NCBI GenBank assembly: GCA_016926505.1 | Contig: JAFGOM010000009.1 | Coordinates: 2,805-66,804, forward strand | DNA from: Methanospirillaceae archaeon | GTDB taxonomy: Archaea; Halobacteriota; Methanomicrobia; Methanomicrobiales; Methanospirillaceae | Length of the DNA stretch: 64,000 nt | Direction of reading: 5' to 3' | Shown here: positions 1 to 10,432 of the stretch, piece by piece | Numbering within the stretch: position 1 is the first letter of the stretch | Layout: every line of letters starts with the position of its first letter | Made by a program: the position numbers and the translations under genes | Notes under the pieces: generated by a model | Told to the model about the DNA's origin: nothing | What the model saw: only the letters and a program-made list of their open reading frames with translations | Database searches by the model: none

Positions 1-476
1 GTTATGCCGTTATATTATTCATTAGGGACACAATTGGACTTGAATCGGAATTTCTTTCTTTCAAATTCGGGTTTTTGGAACAGCGGGTAAATTCGTATCA
101 GAAAGAAACAGAAATCCAATAATTCAGGTTGGTTGATGTGCCATGAATGTTTGAGACGCGGGACCCGGGTGATCATATACCCATGTGATTCCATGCCTTT
201 TTATACTAGAGAGAAAGATTCATTACTTACCAGGTTCTTATCGGGCCTGCACTCCTACACAAACAACCACTCCTTGAATCCAATATCCATTACAAATCTC
301 TTTCATTCTTTTTTACCCTTAAAAAATCGATACAATCGTTTTTTTCTGATTTACGGGCAGTTCATGCCGATTGCACTATGTGGGGCATGGATCCGTTCCC
401 TATGTTATGCAAAAAATGTCTGTATTCATCTGATACCGGGGATACTCTTTAAACACCTGCAGAGTGCAGTACTTTC

Positions 477-872
477 ATGGATGAGAGCAATACATTCTTC
501 TCTGACGATACGTTTGCAAAAGAACTGGGAATAATCGTAAAAACCAGCTCTCCGGGAACTGCAACGGTAGCCCTGCAGGTAACCGATAAACATAAAAATT
601 TTCACGGGACTGTTCATGGGGGAGTATTATTTTCCCTTGCTGATGCAGCCTTCTCTATTGCCTGTAATTCACACGGTATCCCGGCTGTAGCAATAAATAC
701 CTCAATAACCTTCATGAAAGCAGTACACCAGGGAACAATCACTGCACATGCAGAGGAGTTCTCAAAAAATCCGAAACTGGGAACGTACCATGTCGAGATA
801 ACCGATGAGAACGGGGATAAGATCGCCCTTTTTGTCGGACTCGCATACCGGAAATCCATACGTCCTCAATAG
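477..872 (+). CDS. PaaI-family hotdog-fold acyl-CoA thioesterase
   Basis: 131-aa ORF. 'FHGTVHGGVLFSLADAAFSIA' and the overall length and layout are typical of PaaI/4HBT-type thioesterases. Confidence 0.75.
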   Translation: MDESNTFFSDDTFAKELGIIVKTSSPGTATVALQVTDKHKNFHGTVHGGVLFSLADAAFSIACNSHGIPAVAINTSITFMKAVHQGTITAHAEEFSKNPKLGTYHVEITDENGDKIALFVGLAYRKSIRPQ

Positions 873-1069
873 ATTCCTGTCGAATGTGATATCAGTTTTC
901 CAATCCGGTTTTCAAGCTACTGATCTCTCCTGGTATCGTTTCCTGTTCGCAAAGAATGAGAACACAAAACGTCCGGACCTTTCATCTTTTAAATGAGAAC
1001 ACAATTTCTGAAACTTCTTTTCGTCCCGAATTGCCAGGATACTTATAATATCAGCCAGACAAACAGAAA

Positions 1070-1478
1070 TTGTGCCATTTATTCTGTGAAGTGATATATC
1101 AGACAGGAATCACAAGTATCGATGACCAGCACAGGCATCTGATCTCTACGTATCAACCGGATGTTTGAAGCAGTGATGCAGTCAAAGGCAAAAGAAGATC
1201 TTGCCTGCATTATCGACGAACTACAAAAATACCGGCTTTCTCACTTCTCAACCGAAGAAGATTATATGCAAAAGGCAGGATACACGGAACGGGAAGCCAA
1301 CAGACAGGAACATACCATCTTTACTGCCAGGGTGGATGAATTCATAAAACGATACCGGGAAGGAGATGATGGGCTTGTCGCTGAGATCATGGTGCATCCC
1401 ACCACATGGATCCATGAACATCTCTGTGGGACAGACCAGAATTATGTTGCATGCTTACAAGAGCACGGAATACCATGA
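1070..1478 (+). pseudogene. Hemerythrin-like (bacteriohemerythrin) gene interrupted by a +1 frameshift near 1143-1166
   Basis: The N-terminal signature 'YQTGITSIDDQHRHLIS' is in one frame and ends at TGA 1166-1168. The rest ('HFSTEEDYMQKAGY..HRQEH..F', 'WIHEHLCGTDQNY') is in the ORF 1161..1478. Removing a single T near 1151 would give a continuous '..HLISTINRMFEAV..'. The 5' end (TTG 1070 or GTG 1091) is uncertain. Confidence 0.55.
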
Positions 1479-1564
1479 GGAATACTCAATTATTTTCTTA
1501 CCGGCATCCCTCATTCATCCCGGATAAAGAAGGCAAAGGGATACCGCAAACAGAGACAGATGTC

Positions 1565-2137
1565 TCATTTCTTCTTTCTCATCCCTCTTATCTGTTTTAT
1601 CCTCTGATCTGAATAGAACGTGAAGTCATCACTTGCCCGTTTCACATCCTCAACCGTATAAAATGCATGGGGATTCCATTTCTGAATCCTCTCAAGTACA
1701 TCCGGGATCTCTTTTCTCTTCACAACCGTAAAGATAAGGTTAACCTCTCCCCGCTGACCCATGGCATCAATAACGGTTGTCCGGTATCCCAATGCCTTAA
1801 AATCATCAATCAGGCGATCTGCCGGGAACTGGGTAATAATTCTGATGATGGATATGCCCATTGCCATCTTCTCCTCGATCCAGATTCCGACGTAATTCCC
1901 ACATGCAAACCCGAGTGCATAGGCAAAAAAAACGGTTGGCGGGCTGTTTAAAGAGAAAACTGCACTGATAGCAAAGAGCCAGATGGAGATCTCGACAAAC
2001 CCGAATATCGGGGCCAGCAGCTTAAACCCCCGGGAGACAAAGATGATGCGTATCGTTCCTAAAGATACATCAAAAATACGAGCACAAAAAATCGAGACTG
2101 GCAGGATTCCATATACATATACGGTTGGATCTATCAT
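1565..2137 (-). CDS. UPF0316/DUF2179-family membrane protein
   Basis: Three to four hydrophobic helices are followed by a soluble C-terminal domain ('GYRTTVIDAMGQRGEVNLIFTVVKRKE'). The start was chosen at the internal Met (MIDPTVYVY); the ORF is open up to 2248. Confidence 0.6.
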   Translation of the reverse strand: MIDPTVYVYGILPVSIFCARIFDVSLGTIRIIFVSRGFKLLAPIFGFVEISIWLFAISAVFSLNSPPTVFFAYALGFACGNYVGIWIEEKMAMGISIIRIITQFPADRLIDDFKALGYRTTVIDAMGQRGEVNLIFTVVKRKEIPDVLERIQKWNPHAFYTVEDVKRASDDFTFYSDQRIKQIRGMRKKK

Positions 2138-2492
2138 GCGACGTGTGTTATCCCTGTTTTTCCCGGGGCTGATAATAGGAATCATTTTCTGCATCGAACC
2201 GATGCAGAAGCCCGGTGATAGGTAGTTATTATCTATTTTAAGACCCAAAAAGGATATCGGTTAAAAAAAATAAGATATCCCCGGATATCCGATGTAACGG
2301 GGGGATACTCATTCATCCCCCTGATTTCAGATAGTGGTTTATTGCCGGATTTTCCCTGCATAAAGTAAAAATCCTGTAATTTTTACACCTGCTCTGAACT
2401 GATATCGTGCTTTTTGCATGTACACCTCCCGGCAGGAAGACGGTATCGATGATATCTCTGCCCTGCTATTACCCAAAAAAGAGAGGAATAAC

Positions 2493-3725
2493 ATGCTGTA
2501 CCGGAACGTACCGAAAACGAATGATGCTCTCTCCATACTCGGGTATGGATGCATGCGGTTCCCTGAGCGGTTCGGATCGATAGATGAGAAACGATCTACT
2601 GCCCTGCTACGAACCGCTATCGATAACGGGGTCAATTACCTCGATACCGCATGGCTGTACCACAATGGCCAGAGTGAGGCATTCGTTGGGAGGGCACTCA
2701 AAGACGGGTATCGCAGCAAGGTAAGACTTGCCACAAAACTTCCCCAGTGGCTCGTGAAAAACAGGGTTGATATGGACGTATTTCTGGATATGCAGCTTGA
2801 AAGACTGCAGACCGATATCATCGATTACTACCTCCTGCACAGTCTGGATAATGACAGCTGGCACCGTCTTCTTGATTGCGGGGTTCTTGACTTCCTTGAT
2901 GCCGCGAAAGCAGATAAAAGAATCAGATATGCCGGATTCTCGTTCCATGACAACACTGCCTCATTTAAAAAGATCGTAGACGCATATGACTGGGAATTCT
3001 GCCAGATTCAATATAACATCATAGACGAGCATAGTCAGGCAGGAAGAGAGGGGCTTTTGTATGCAGCAGAAAAAAACCTGGCGGTATTCATCATGGAACC
3101 CCTCCTTGGAGGGAAACTGGGAACAGACCTGCCGGGGGATGTCAGGAAGATCTACCAGGAAGCAGAGATAAAACGGACACCTGCGCAATGGGCACTCCTC
3201 TGGCTCTGGGATCATCCCCAGATAACCGTTGTATTATCAGGGATGAATTCAGAGAAACATCTGCAGGAGAACTTACAGACTGCATCCATTGCCTGCCCGG
3301 ATGCATTAACAACCGGTGAGCATCTTGTTATCAGGCAGGCTGCTGATACCTACCGGTCACGGGTAAAGATCCCATGTACCGGATGTGGATACTGCATGCC
3401 CTGTCCGTTCGGAGTCGATATTCCCCTCTGTTTTGAACTCTATAACAGGCGGTTCATGTTTGATGACCACCGGCACACCTGGTTTACCTATGCAGGAAGA
3501 GCAGGAGCAGCCTTTCGGCCTTCCCGGGGGGCATCCCTGTGCAGGGGATGTAATACCTGTGTCTCATCCTGTCCCCAGCATATCCCGATACCGGATGTCC
3601 TCAAGGATGTAGCAGGAGAGTTTGAAGGAATAAAATACCGGCTTTTTGTTGCTATAGCAAGGATTGGCATCCCGCTCATCAGAATACTGACGTTATTCTA
3701 CCAGCGGTTACACAACCGGGTATAG
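2493..3725 (+). CDS. Aldo/keto reductase with C-terminal 4Fe-4S ferredoxin-type cluster motifs
   Basis: AKR N-terminus 'LGYGCMRF..ID..S..LLRTAIDNGVNYLDTAWLYHNGQSE'. C-terminal Cys clusters 'CTGCGYCMPCP' and 'CRGCNTCVSSCP'. ATG 2493 is preceded by GAGAGG. Confidence 0.8.
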   Translation: MLYRNVPKTNDALSILGYGCMRFPERFGSIDEKRSTALLRTAIDNGVNYLDTAWLYHNGQSEAFVGRALKDGYRSKVRLATKLPQWLVKNRVDMDVFLDMQLERLQTDIIDYYLLHSLDNDSWHRLLDCGVLDFLDAAKADKRIRYAGFSFHDNTASFKKIVDAYDWEFCQIQYNIIDEHSQAGREGLLYAAEKNLAVFIMEPLLGGKLGTDLPGDVRKIYQEAEIKRTPAQWALLWLWDHPQITVVLSGMNSEKHLQENLQTASIACPDALTTGEHLVIRQAADTYRSRVKIPCTGCGYCMPCPFGVDIPLCFELYNRRFMFDDHRHTWFTYAGRAGAAFRPSRGASLCRGCNTCVSSCPQHIPIPDVLKDVAGEFEGIKYRLFVAIARIGIPLIRILTLFYQRLHNRV

Positions 3726-4009
3726 AGACCGTAACAGATTCTGATTTCACGGGCACGAAGAAGAATTCTATCCTTTTTCATCTTTTTCCTTCCAATAACA
3801 GGGATATGAGGGGATCAACGCTTTTGACAAAGAGCAGATAAAAGTATTATCCCGTATCCGGGTTTTTCCGGGTGAACCCGGAGTCTCACCTTATAAAGCT
3901 GGGTGCATCTATTCTGTAGCAAAGCGGGCTACAAAAGAATTATCTCATTCGTATATCATTAGTACATCATGGGCAGGTCTGATATAACAGGATGTAACAG
4001 AGGGAGAAG

Positions 4010-4750
4010 ATGAAAAACGCCGGTAAAGAGGAGGATCAAGAGACGGGAAAAACCGTAGTTCTTATCGTTGATGACAATGAAAATAATCTTCAGATAACCG
4101 CACAGGTTGTGCATAATGCAGGATATCAGGTTCTTTTAGCCTCTGACGGGGCACATGCACTAACCCTCGCATCAGAAGAACACCCTGATGTAATCCTTCT
4201 TGACATCATGATGCCGGGTATGGATGGTCTTGAGGTCTGCAGGCATCTGCAGTCTGACGCATCGCTCGCATCAATCCCGGTAATTTTTCTTTCAGCAAAA
4301 GATGAAGACGAGAGCATCGAGACCGGCCTGGATATCGGAGGATCTGATTATATCACAAAACCGTTCTCTGAAAAGGTTCTTCTTGCCAGGCTGCGGTCCC
4401 ATATCGACCGCAGCAGGTATCAACGGGAACTGGTTGACCTTAATGTAACCCTTGCCCAGAAAAATTCAGAACTTCTCGCGATAAAAGAAGATCTGGTCAT
4501 GATTAATAAACAGCTGGATGGGCAGATACAGCACAACATCATGATGCTTGCAGCCATCAATGATCAGGTCAGAAATCCCTTAACAATAGCGGTTGCGATG
4601 ATCGAGATGAGCGAACCTGAGAACGGTCCGGAGATAATTGATGCCCTCAGACGAATCGATGCTGTTATCGATGATATCGACAAAGGTTTTATCGAATCTG
4701 ACAAGATAAGGGAATACCTGCGAAAGCATCACCACCATGACACCCCGTAG
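4010..4750 (+). CDS. Response regulator (receiver domain plus C-terminal coiled-coil/dimerisation-like region)
   Basis: REC signatures 'VLIVDDNENN', 'DVILLDIMMPGMDG', 'PVIFLSAK', 'DYITKPF'. It overlaps the downstream kinase gene by 14 nt. Confidence 0.85.
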   Translation: MKNAGKEEDQETGKTVVLIVDDNENNLQITAQVVHNAGYQVLLASDGAHALTLASEEHPDVILLDIMMPGMDGLEVCRHLQSDASLASIPVIFLSAKDEDESIETGLDIGGSDYITKPFSEKVLLARLRSHIDRSRYQRELVDLNVTLAQKNSELLAIKEDLVMINKQLDGQIQHNIMMLAAINDQVRNPLTIAVAMIEMSEPENGPEIIDALRRIDAVIDDIDKGFIESDKIREYLRKHHHHDTP

Positions 4751-7358
4751 AGAGGAAGGAGAAGGGACAGGAGAAAAAGACGCGAAAGGTATCACCCACG
4801 GCTCCATTCCGATAACCGACAGTCTCAGAAAGAAGGTTCTCATAAAACTGGGAATCGTAGCGATAGCAGCCCTGGTCCTGCTCTATTGCATCCCGACCTA
4901 TTATATCAGTGAAGAACTCATCAGGAATGAGAATGCAATCACCTTTGGGTCCATAAGCCAGGGAATGAATATCATTGATCATGAGACCCGGTTCCTTGAA
5001 GAGATAATAGAAGACAAGGCATATTCACTCGGTAAATGGATATCTGTTTCCGGATCAAAAGGAGGAGATTTTTATACCATAGAGGGGATGAACACGGCTG
5101 TTGATACACCAGATAATTTTCATCCTGACAGCCTCTGTTTTATCTCAGATAACGGGGATGTAATCTTTTCTGATGAATATCTTTACCTGTCTCCTTATAA
5201 CCAGTCGATATCCGGACTCTATCATCTGATAGAAGAGAACCCATCGCAATTTTATGACCAGAAGAGTGGATCTACCAGATCCGGATTCCTCGATCTTGGT
5301 GACGATATCATGATGATCGCATCAACGCCGGTTTACACAGATCCGGATAAAAAAACAGCAGGATATCTGGTCGGAGGAAGAGTAATCACACCAGAGTATG
5401 AACACTACTTCTCATCGGTCATGGAAGCAGAGGTGTCCCTTCTCCCGTACCGGCAGGCTGTCTCATATCTTACGCAGGGAGATAAACTACCCGGACCACC
5501 CTCGATTACCATCATCGGAAAGATAAACCAGGATGATTCCACCATTACTGCGTTCCGGCAGCTTACTCCGGTTATTGATGATAAAGGAGTTATCCTCTTA
5601 ATCACGGTTCCCCGGGTGAATATCGGAGAGATACGAAAGGCAAAGGATCGGATTGTCGTTGGTGTCGGGATTGTGTTTATCGTTTTTATTCTCATCGTTC
5701 TTCTGACTCTGAACAGGGATTTTTTTCAAAGGATGACACAATTATCCCGGAATCTTGCCGGTATAAAAAAACCCGGGGATATTGATCCGGAAAATTTAAT
5801 CATCCCGGGAGAGGATGAGATCTCGGCACTCTCACGAATTTTATCAGATCTGGTAAAGCGACTTACGGCAGCACATGAAAACCTCCTGATTGCTAAAAAA
5901 GAAGCAGAATCTGCTAACAATGCAAAGAGTATCTTTCTTGCAAACATGAGCCATGAGATCCGGACGCCCTTAAATGCCATCATCGGTTTTAGTGCCCTTC
6001 TGTCATCATTAGTCACGGATAAAAAACAGGTGCGGTATGTAACCTCGATTCATGCTTCAAGCAGGGGGCTTCTTACCCTGATTAATGACATTCTGGATCT
6101 CTCAAAGATAGATGCAGAAAAGCTGGAGATCTCACTCCTCCCGACAGATATTCTCTCTCTTATTCATGAGATTCAGATGATGTTTCTTCATCAGACAGAA
6201 GAGAAGGGACTCGGATTTTTCGTCTCTACTCCCCCTTCTGCCCCGCTTCTTATGCTTGATGAAGCGAGAGTGAAGCAGATCCTGATAAACCTCCTTGGGA
6301 ATGCAATAAAATTTACCCATCAGGGGAATATCTCGCTCAACCTCACCCTGAATGATGCAGGACCCGGTACCTGTCACATGAGCATCCCGGTCAGTGATAC
6401 CGGAATTGGTATCCCTAAAAAAGACCAGGACCGGATATTTCAGGCTTTTGAACAGCAGGATGCCGAGGTGGTTCACCAGTATGGAGGAACAGGACTTGGT
6501 CTCGCAATAAGCAGGAAACTTGCAGAACGGATGGGGGGAACGATAACCCTGTCAAGTAACCCGGGGAAGGGAAGTGTCTTTACCCTGCATCTCAACCATA
6601 TTCCTGTTGCGAAAGAGAAGAGCATTACTCACCATAACGGGGATGAAATGCTCTTGAATGTCAGGTTTGTGGAGGCAACGGTTCTTGTAGTCGATGATGT
6701 CCCCAATAACCGGGTTGTTCTCGCTGACCTGCTGGAACAGGCAGGACTCACACCGCTTGTCGCTTCATCAGGAGATGAGGCATTACGGATATTATCCACC
6801 ACCCATCCTGCTCTTATCATGACCGACCTGCGTATGCCGGGGATAAGCGGGGATCAGCTGGCGTCAATGATTAAACAGAAAAAAGATCTGGCAGATATCC
6901 CGATCATTGCAGTGACTGCCCTTGCCTCTGGCTGGAATACTGCCGATATGACTCATTTTAACAGTATATTGAATAAACCCATTATTCCGTCAGAACTGAA
7001 AAAAATACTCTCACTCTACCTTCCCCTGCAGGAACAGGATTCGGGTCTGTCAGATACCGGTCATGCAGATACACCCGTTATAAGTGAAGATACACGATAT
7101 CTGGCAACAGATTTATCCAAAGAAACGCGCCTGCTCTTTTTAGAGAGGGTACAGGAACTTGGTTACTCTTTCTCCCAGGAGAAAACCAGGATACTCGCCG
7201 ATGAAATTCGCATTTTTGCCCAAAAAAAATCCAGTGACGAACTCAGACAGGTAGCAGATGATCTGGTTGAAGCAGCAGACTCCTTTGATATCAGGCTGAT
7301 AAAAGAGATAGGAGTCAGACTTTTTAAGATGACCGCACCCGTTCATAAAAAGAACTAA
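4737..7358 (+). CDS. Hybrid sensor histidine kinase (two TM helices flanking a CHASE4-like sensor, HisKA, HATPase_c, receiver domain)
   Basis: H-box 'MSHEIRTPLNAIIGF'. N/G boxes 'LLGNAIKFT', 'DTGIGI', 'GGTGLGLAISRKLAE'. C-terminal REC 'VLVVDDVPNNR..TDLRMPG'. Extracytoplasmic 'DIMMIASTPVY..GYLVGGRVI' resembles CHASE4. Confidence 0.9.
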   Translation: MTPRREEGEGTGEKDAKGITHGSIPITDSLRKKVLIKLGIVAIAALVLLYCIPTYYISEELIRNENAITFGSISQGMNIIDHETRFLEEIIEDKAYSLGKWISVSGSKGGDFYTIEGMNTAVDTPDNFHPDSLCFISDNGDVIFSDEYLYLSPYNQSISGLYHLIEENPSQFYDQKSGSTRSGFLDLGDDIMMIASTPVYTDPDKKTAGYLVGGRVITPEYEHYFSSVMEAEVSLLPYRQAVSYLTQGDKLPGPPSITIIGKINQDDSTITAFRQLTPVIDDKGVILLITVPRVNIGEIRKAKDRIVVGVGIVFIVFILIVLLTLNRDFFQRMTQLSRNLAGIKKPGDIDPENLIIPGEDEISALSRILSDLVKRLTAAHENLLIAKKEAESANNAKSIFLANMSHEIRTPLNAIIGFSALLSSLVTDKKQVRYVTSIHASSRGLLTLINDILDLSKIDAEKLEISLLPTDILSLIHEIQMMFLHQTEEKGLGFFVSTPPSAPLLMLDEARVKQILINLLGNAIKFTHQGNISLNLTLNDAGPGTCHMSIPVSDTGIGIPKKDQDRIFQAFEQQDAEVVHQYGGTGLGLAISRKLAERMGGTITLSSNPGKGSVFTLHLNHIPVAKEKSITHHNGDEMLLNVRFVEATVLVVDDVPNNRVVLADLLEQAGLTPLVASSGDEALRILSTTHPALIMTDLRMPGISGDQLASMIKQKKDLADIPIIAVTALASGWNTADMTHFNSILNKPIIPSELKKILSLYLPLQEQDSGLSDTGHADTPVISEDTRYLATDLSKETRLLFLERVQELGYSFSQEKTRILADEIRIFAQKKSSDELRQVADDLVEAADSFDIRLIKEIGVRLFKMTAPVHKKN

Positions 7359-7567
7359 CATCTCTCTGAATGGAATAGTATTACACGGACAGGGATAATA
7401 CAGATGCATGGGGTTTTATTCTTATCAATGCGAGTACAGGACCTTAAATGAATAATACCGGCGTGTCTGGATTCGTAAGGCGTATACCTGACAGGAGAAA
7501 GATGAGAGATACAGAACCGGTAGTACCGGTTCCCGTATTCATGATATAAAAACACAGGTCTTCTGAT

Positions 7568-9229
7568 ATGACTCAATACACTGTTCTTATTGGGGGAAAA
7601 GCAGGGGATGGTATTTTACAGGCGGGTAAGGTGATCGGTTCTCTCTTTGCCGGTCTTGGGTATCATGTGTACCTCTCTGTTGATTATCCATCCCTGATTC
7701 GGGGGGGACATAATTTCTGTATCATCAGGATAGCAACAAAACCGGTCGGAGCGTTCAACACTACGATTGATATTCTGCTCGCTCTTGATCAACAGACAAT
7801 CACACTCCATGAAAAGAAACTGAACCCTGGCGGAATCATAATTTATAATTCAGATACCGTTACCACAGACGGGGAGGGCATTGCCATAGAACCACTATTA
7901 CGCAGACATAACGGAAGACCCATCATGGGAAATACTGCAATGATCGGAGCGTTATGTGGTGTTGCGGGTCTTCCCTGGAGCCGGATATCACCGGTACTTG
8001 CCTCACAATTCCAGAAAGAGACCGAATTAAACCTCGCAATTGCACAGGATTCCTGTTTATCTGTCACACCCCGGCTTTCTGTCCCGGCAGATACGACCAT
8101 GAGATACCCGTTCTTCTCAGGAAATGAATGGATCGGTCTTGGACTGCTGGCAGGAGGGCTTGATGCCTATATCGCCTATCCGATGACGCCATCTTCAGGA
8201 ATCCTGCATTTTTTTGCACAGATCGCAGAAGAGACCGGTATTCTTGTGTACCATCCTGAAAGTGAGATCGCAGTTATCCTGATGGCTGAGGGGTGTGCAT
8301 ATGCAGGAAAAAGAGCTGCGGTAGGCACATCAGGAGGAGGTTTCTGTCTTATGACCGAGGCACTCTCCTGTGCAGGACAGGCAGAGATTCCCCTCGTTAT
8401 CGTCCTTGCACAGCGGGCAGGCCCATCTACCGGTATGCCAACCTATAATGCCCAGACCGATCTTCTTTTTGCCTGTTATGCAGGACACGGAGAGTTTCCC
8501 CGCTACCTTGTCGCACCAGCTACTGCCTCTGAAGCATACCGGTTCTCTGCCCAGGCACTTCATATTGCATGGAAATATCAGATACCATCAATCATCCTCT
8601 CTGACAAGACATTTTCTGAAGGATATTACACCGCTGACAGCATACCTGACATCATATCTGACATCATACCTGATTCACCCCAAATCCCGTATTCAAGACC
8701 GTACGAACGTTATGCAGCAGGAGAATGGGGAATCTCACCGCTCATCCATCCCCCCTGTACCGGCGAGGTGGTAAAGGTGAACAGTTACACCCATGACACA
8801 AAGGGAATTTCATCAGAAGAGCCTCGTGATGCCATTGCAGGTGCTGCAAAGAGACAGATGAAATCAGATGCACTGGCTAAAGAGACAGATACCAGGGAAG
8901 CGGTCTGCACAAGCGGTTCGCCTGACAGTGAAACTGCCCTTATATGCTGGGGTTCAACCCGCGGTGTCGTCAATGAAGTTGCAGATGCCTTGGGGTTACG
9001 GATTATCTCACCGGTTGTTCTTTTCCCATTTCCCAAAAAAACCTATTTAAAAGCTATTCATGGAGTTACCCGGTTCATTCTCATAGAAGAGAGTGCAACC
9101 GGGCAGTTACAAACACTTCTTTTAAAGGAAGGATTTACCATTACAGAGACCATTCTCTCGTCTGACGGCAGACCGTTCCCGGTTGAATCGTTACTTGAGA
9201 GGGTAAGGGAGATTATACATGGCCAGTGA
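7568..9229 (+). CDS. 2-oxoacid:ferredoxin oxidoreductase, fused gamma-alpha subunit
   Basis: The N-terminal gamma-type 'GGKAGDGILQAGK' is followed by alpha-type 'GNEWIGLGLLAGGLDAYIAYPMTPSS' and 'GTSGGGFCLM'. Confidence 0.85.
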   Translation: MTQYTVLIGGKAGDGILQAGKVIGSLFAGLGYHVYLSVDYPSLIRGGHNFCIIRIATKPVGAFNTTIDILLALDQQTITLHEKKLNPGGIIIYNSDTVTTDGEGIAIEPLLRRHNGRPIMGNTAMIGALCGVAGLPWSRISPVLASQFQKETELNLAIAQDSCLSVTPRLSVPADTTMRYPFFSGNEWIGLGLLAGGLDAYIAYPMTPSSGILHFFAQIAEETGILVYHPESEIAVILMAEGCAYAGKRAAVGTSGGGFCLMTEALSCAGQAEIPLVIVLAQRAGPSTGMPTYNAQTDLLFACYAGHGEFPRYLVAPATASEAYRFSAQALHIAWKYQIPSIILSDKTFSEGYYTADSIPDIISDIIPDSPQIPYSRPYERYAAGEWGISPLIHPPCTGEVVKVNSYTHDTKGISSEEPRDAIAGAAKRQMKSDALAKETDTREAVCTSGSPDSETALICWGSTRGVVNEVADALGLRIISPVVLFPFPKKTYLKAIHGVTRFILIEESATGQLQTLLLKEGFTITETILSSDGRPFPVESLLERVREIIHGQ

Positions 9230-10061
9230 CCGGAGTCTTATCACCGATGCCAAAAACACCTGGTGCCCGGGATGTGGTAATTTTGCAATACAACATGCAT
9301 TTGTCTCTGTTGTTTCAGAACTCGGGAAAGAGGGCATCCCCCGTGAGAAGATGGTGGTGGTTAGTGGCATCGGGTGTCATGCAAAGATTGCAGATTACCT
9401 GCAGATGAACAGCTTTTACTCCCTGCACGGCAGAACCATACCGGTAGCAACGGGGATAAAGATGGCGAATCCGGATATGTCTGTTATCTGCTTTGCCGGT
9501 GATGGAGATCTCTATGCAGAAGGAATCGGGCATCTGGTCCATGCAGCCAAACGAAATATCGATGTTACGGTTATCTGCCATAACAACAGGGTGTACGGGT
9601 TGACAACCGGTCAGTATACCCCGACCTCTCCGTACGGGTTTCGGGGGAGGTCTACTCCCCGGGGAATCCATGAGTATCCATTGAATGTTTTAGATATCCT
9701 TCTCTCCTGCGGCGCAACCTTTATCGCGAGGGGATACTCACGCAGGATGCCATTACTAAAGCGGATCATCAGGGAAGCCATTCTTCATCACGGTTTTGCA
9801 CATGTCGATATTCTTCAGATCTGTGCAAGTTTTTTCAACCTTACCCGTTATTATGATGAACTGGTCTACGAAATACCGGAAGAGAATACGACCCGGTATG
9901 ATACGGCGAGAGAATTAACCGAACAATGGAATTATAATGATACCGGAAGAATTCCCCTTGGTATTCTTTACAAAGCTGAAAAACCCTCAATTCCTGAGAC
10001 AGGAGAATTAAAAGAGTATGACAGGATGGCATTCATCAGATCCCTTCTTGATCAGGAATAA
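9219..10061 (+). CDS. 2-oxoacid:ferredoxin oxidoreductase, beta (TPP-binding) subunit
   Basis: 'WCPGCGNF', 'GIGC', 'GDGDLYAEGIGHLVHAAKRNIDVTVICHNNRVYGLTTGQ' (TPP motif). It overlaps the upstream subunit gene by 11 nt. Confidence 0.85.
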   Translation: MASDRSLITDAKNTWCPGCGNFAIQHAFVSVVSELGKEGIPREKMVVVSGIGCHAKIADYLQMNSFYSLHGRTIPVATGIKMANPDMSVICFAGDGDLYAEGIGHLVHAAKRNIDVTVICHNNRVYGLTTGQYTPTSPYGFRGRSTPRGIHEYPLNVLDILLSCGATFIARGYSRRMPLLKRIIREAILHHGFAHVDILQICASFFNLTRYYDELVYEIPEENTTRYDTARELTEQWNYNDTGRIPLGILYKAEKPSIPETGELKEYDRMAFIRSLLDQE

Positions 10062-10200
10062 AACGAATCGGGATCTCTTTATTGAGAGGAAAAGAGATTT
10101 TCGGGGAAAACCCGGTATGAGAATAATAAGATGATATTTTACCGGTTTTTATTTACTATTCAAATAAACTGAAGGTGGAAAAAAGATAACGATTACCGTA

Positions 10201-10374
10201 TCAGAGGCCGTGAGCAGTTCTCATCCGGGTGCTGATACGATAATCCTGGTAATCGATATCGAGAAGATCGATATCCCTTCCCTTTTTTTCTGCTGCCAGC
10301 TCAAGCCTCTTGTTGCACCTCTCTATCGCTTGTTTCTTCATTTCTTCTATCTTTTCTGCAGTTGTGCAGATCAT
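10201..10374 (-). CDS. Small hypothetical protein (about 57 aa)
   Basis: GGAGG lies 9 nt upstream of the second ATG, and a TATA-like box lies about 45 nt upstream. No family was recognised. Confidence 0.35.
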   Translation of the reverse strand: MICTTAEKIEEMKKQAIERCNKRLELAAEKKGRDIDLLDIDYQDYRISTRMRTAHGL

Positions 10375-10415
10375 AATAATCATCCTCCGGACTCATAGTA
10401 TCATATTCCTAATAG

Positions 10416-10432
10416 TTTTAAATATATAAAAA
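10416..10432 (-). promoter_or_regulatory. TATA-box-like element for the small minus-strand ORF
   Basis: 'TTTTTATATATTTAAAA' on the minus strand, at the distance expected for an archaeal promoter with a short leader. Confidence 0.3.

Noticed and set aside
133-534. 133-aa plus-strand ORF upstream of and overlapping the thioesterase start
   Set aside because: It resembles no family, has an odd Cys/His/Leu-rich composition, and overlaps the better-supported 477..872 gene. It is probably non-coding leader sequence.
7701-7707. A G7 run inside the oxidoreductase gamma-alpha gene
   Set aside because: It encodes the conserved 'IRGGHNF' segment in frame. It is an ordinary codon arrangement, with no sign of a frameshift.
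8641-8672. About 2.5 tandem copies of a 12-nt unit ('acctgacatcat/atctgacatcat/acctga') inside the oxidoreductase alpha gene, encoding 'IPDIISDIIPDS'
   Set aside because: It is an in-frame micro-duplication in a probable surface loop, with no evidence of functional significance.
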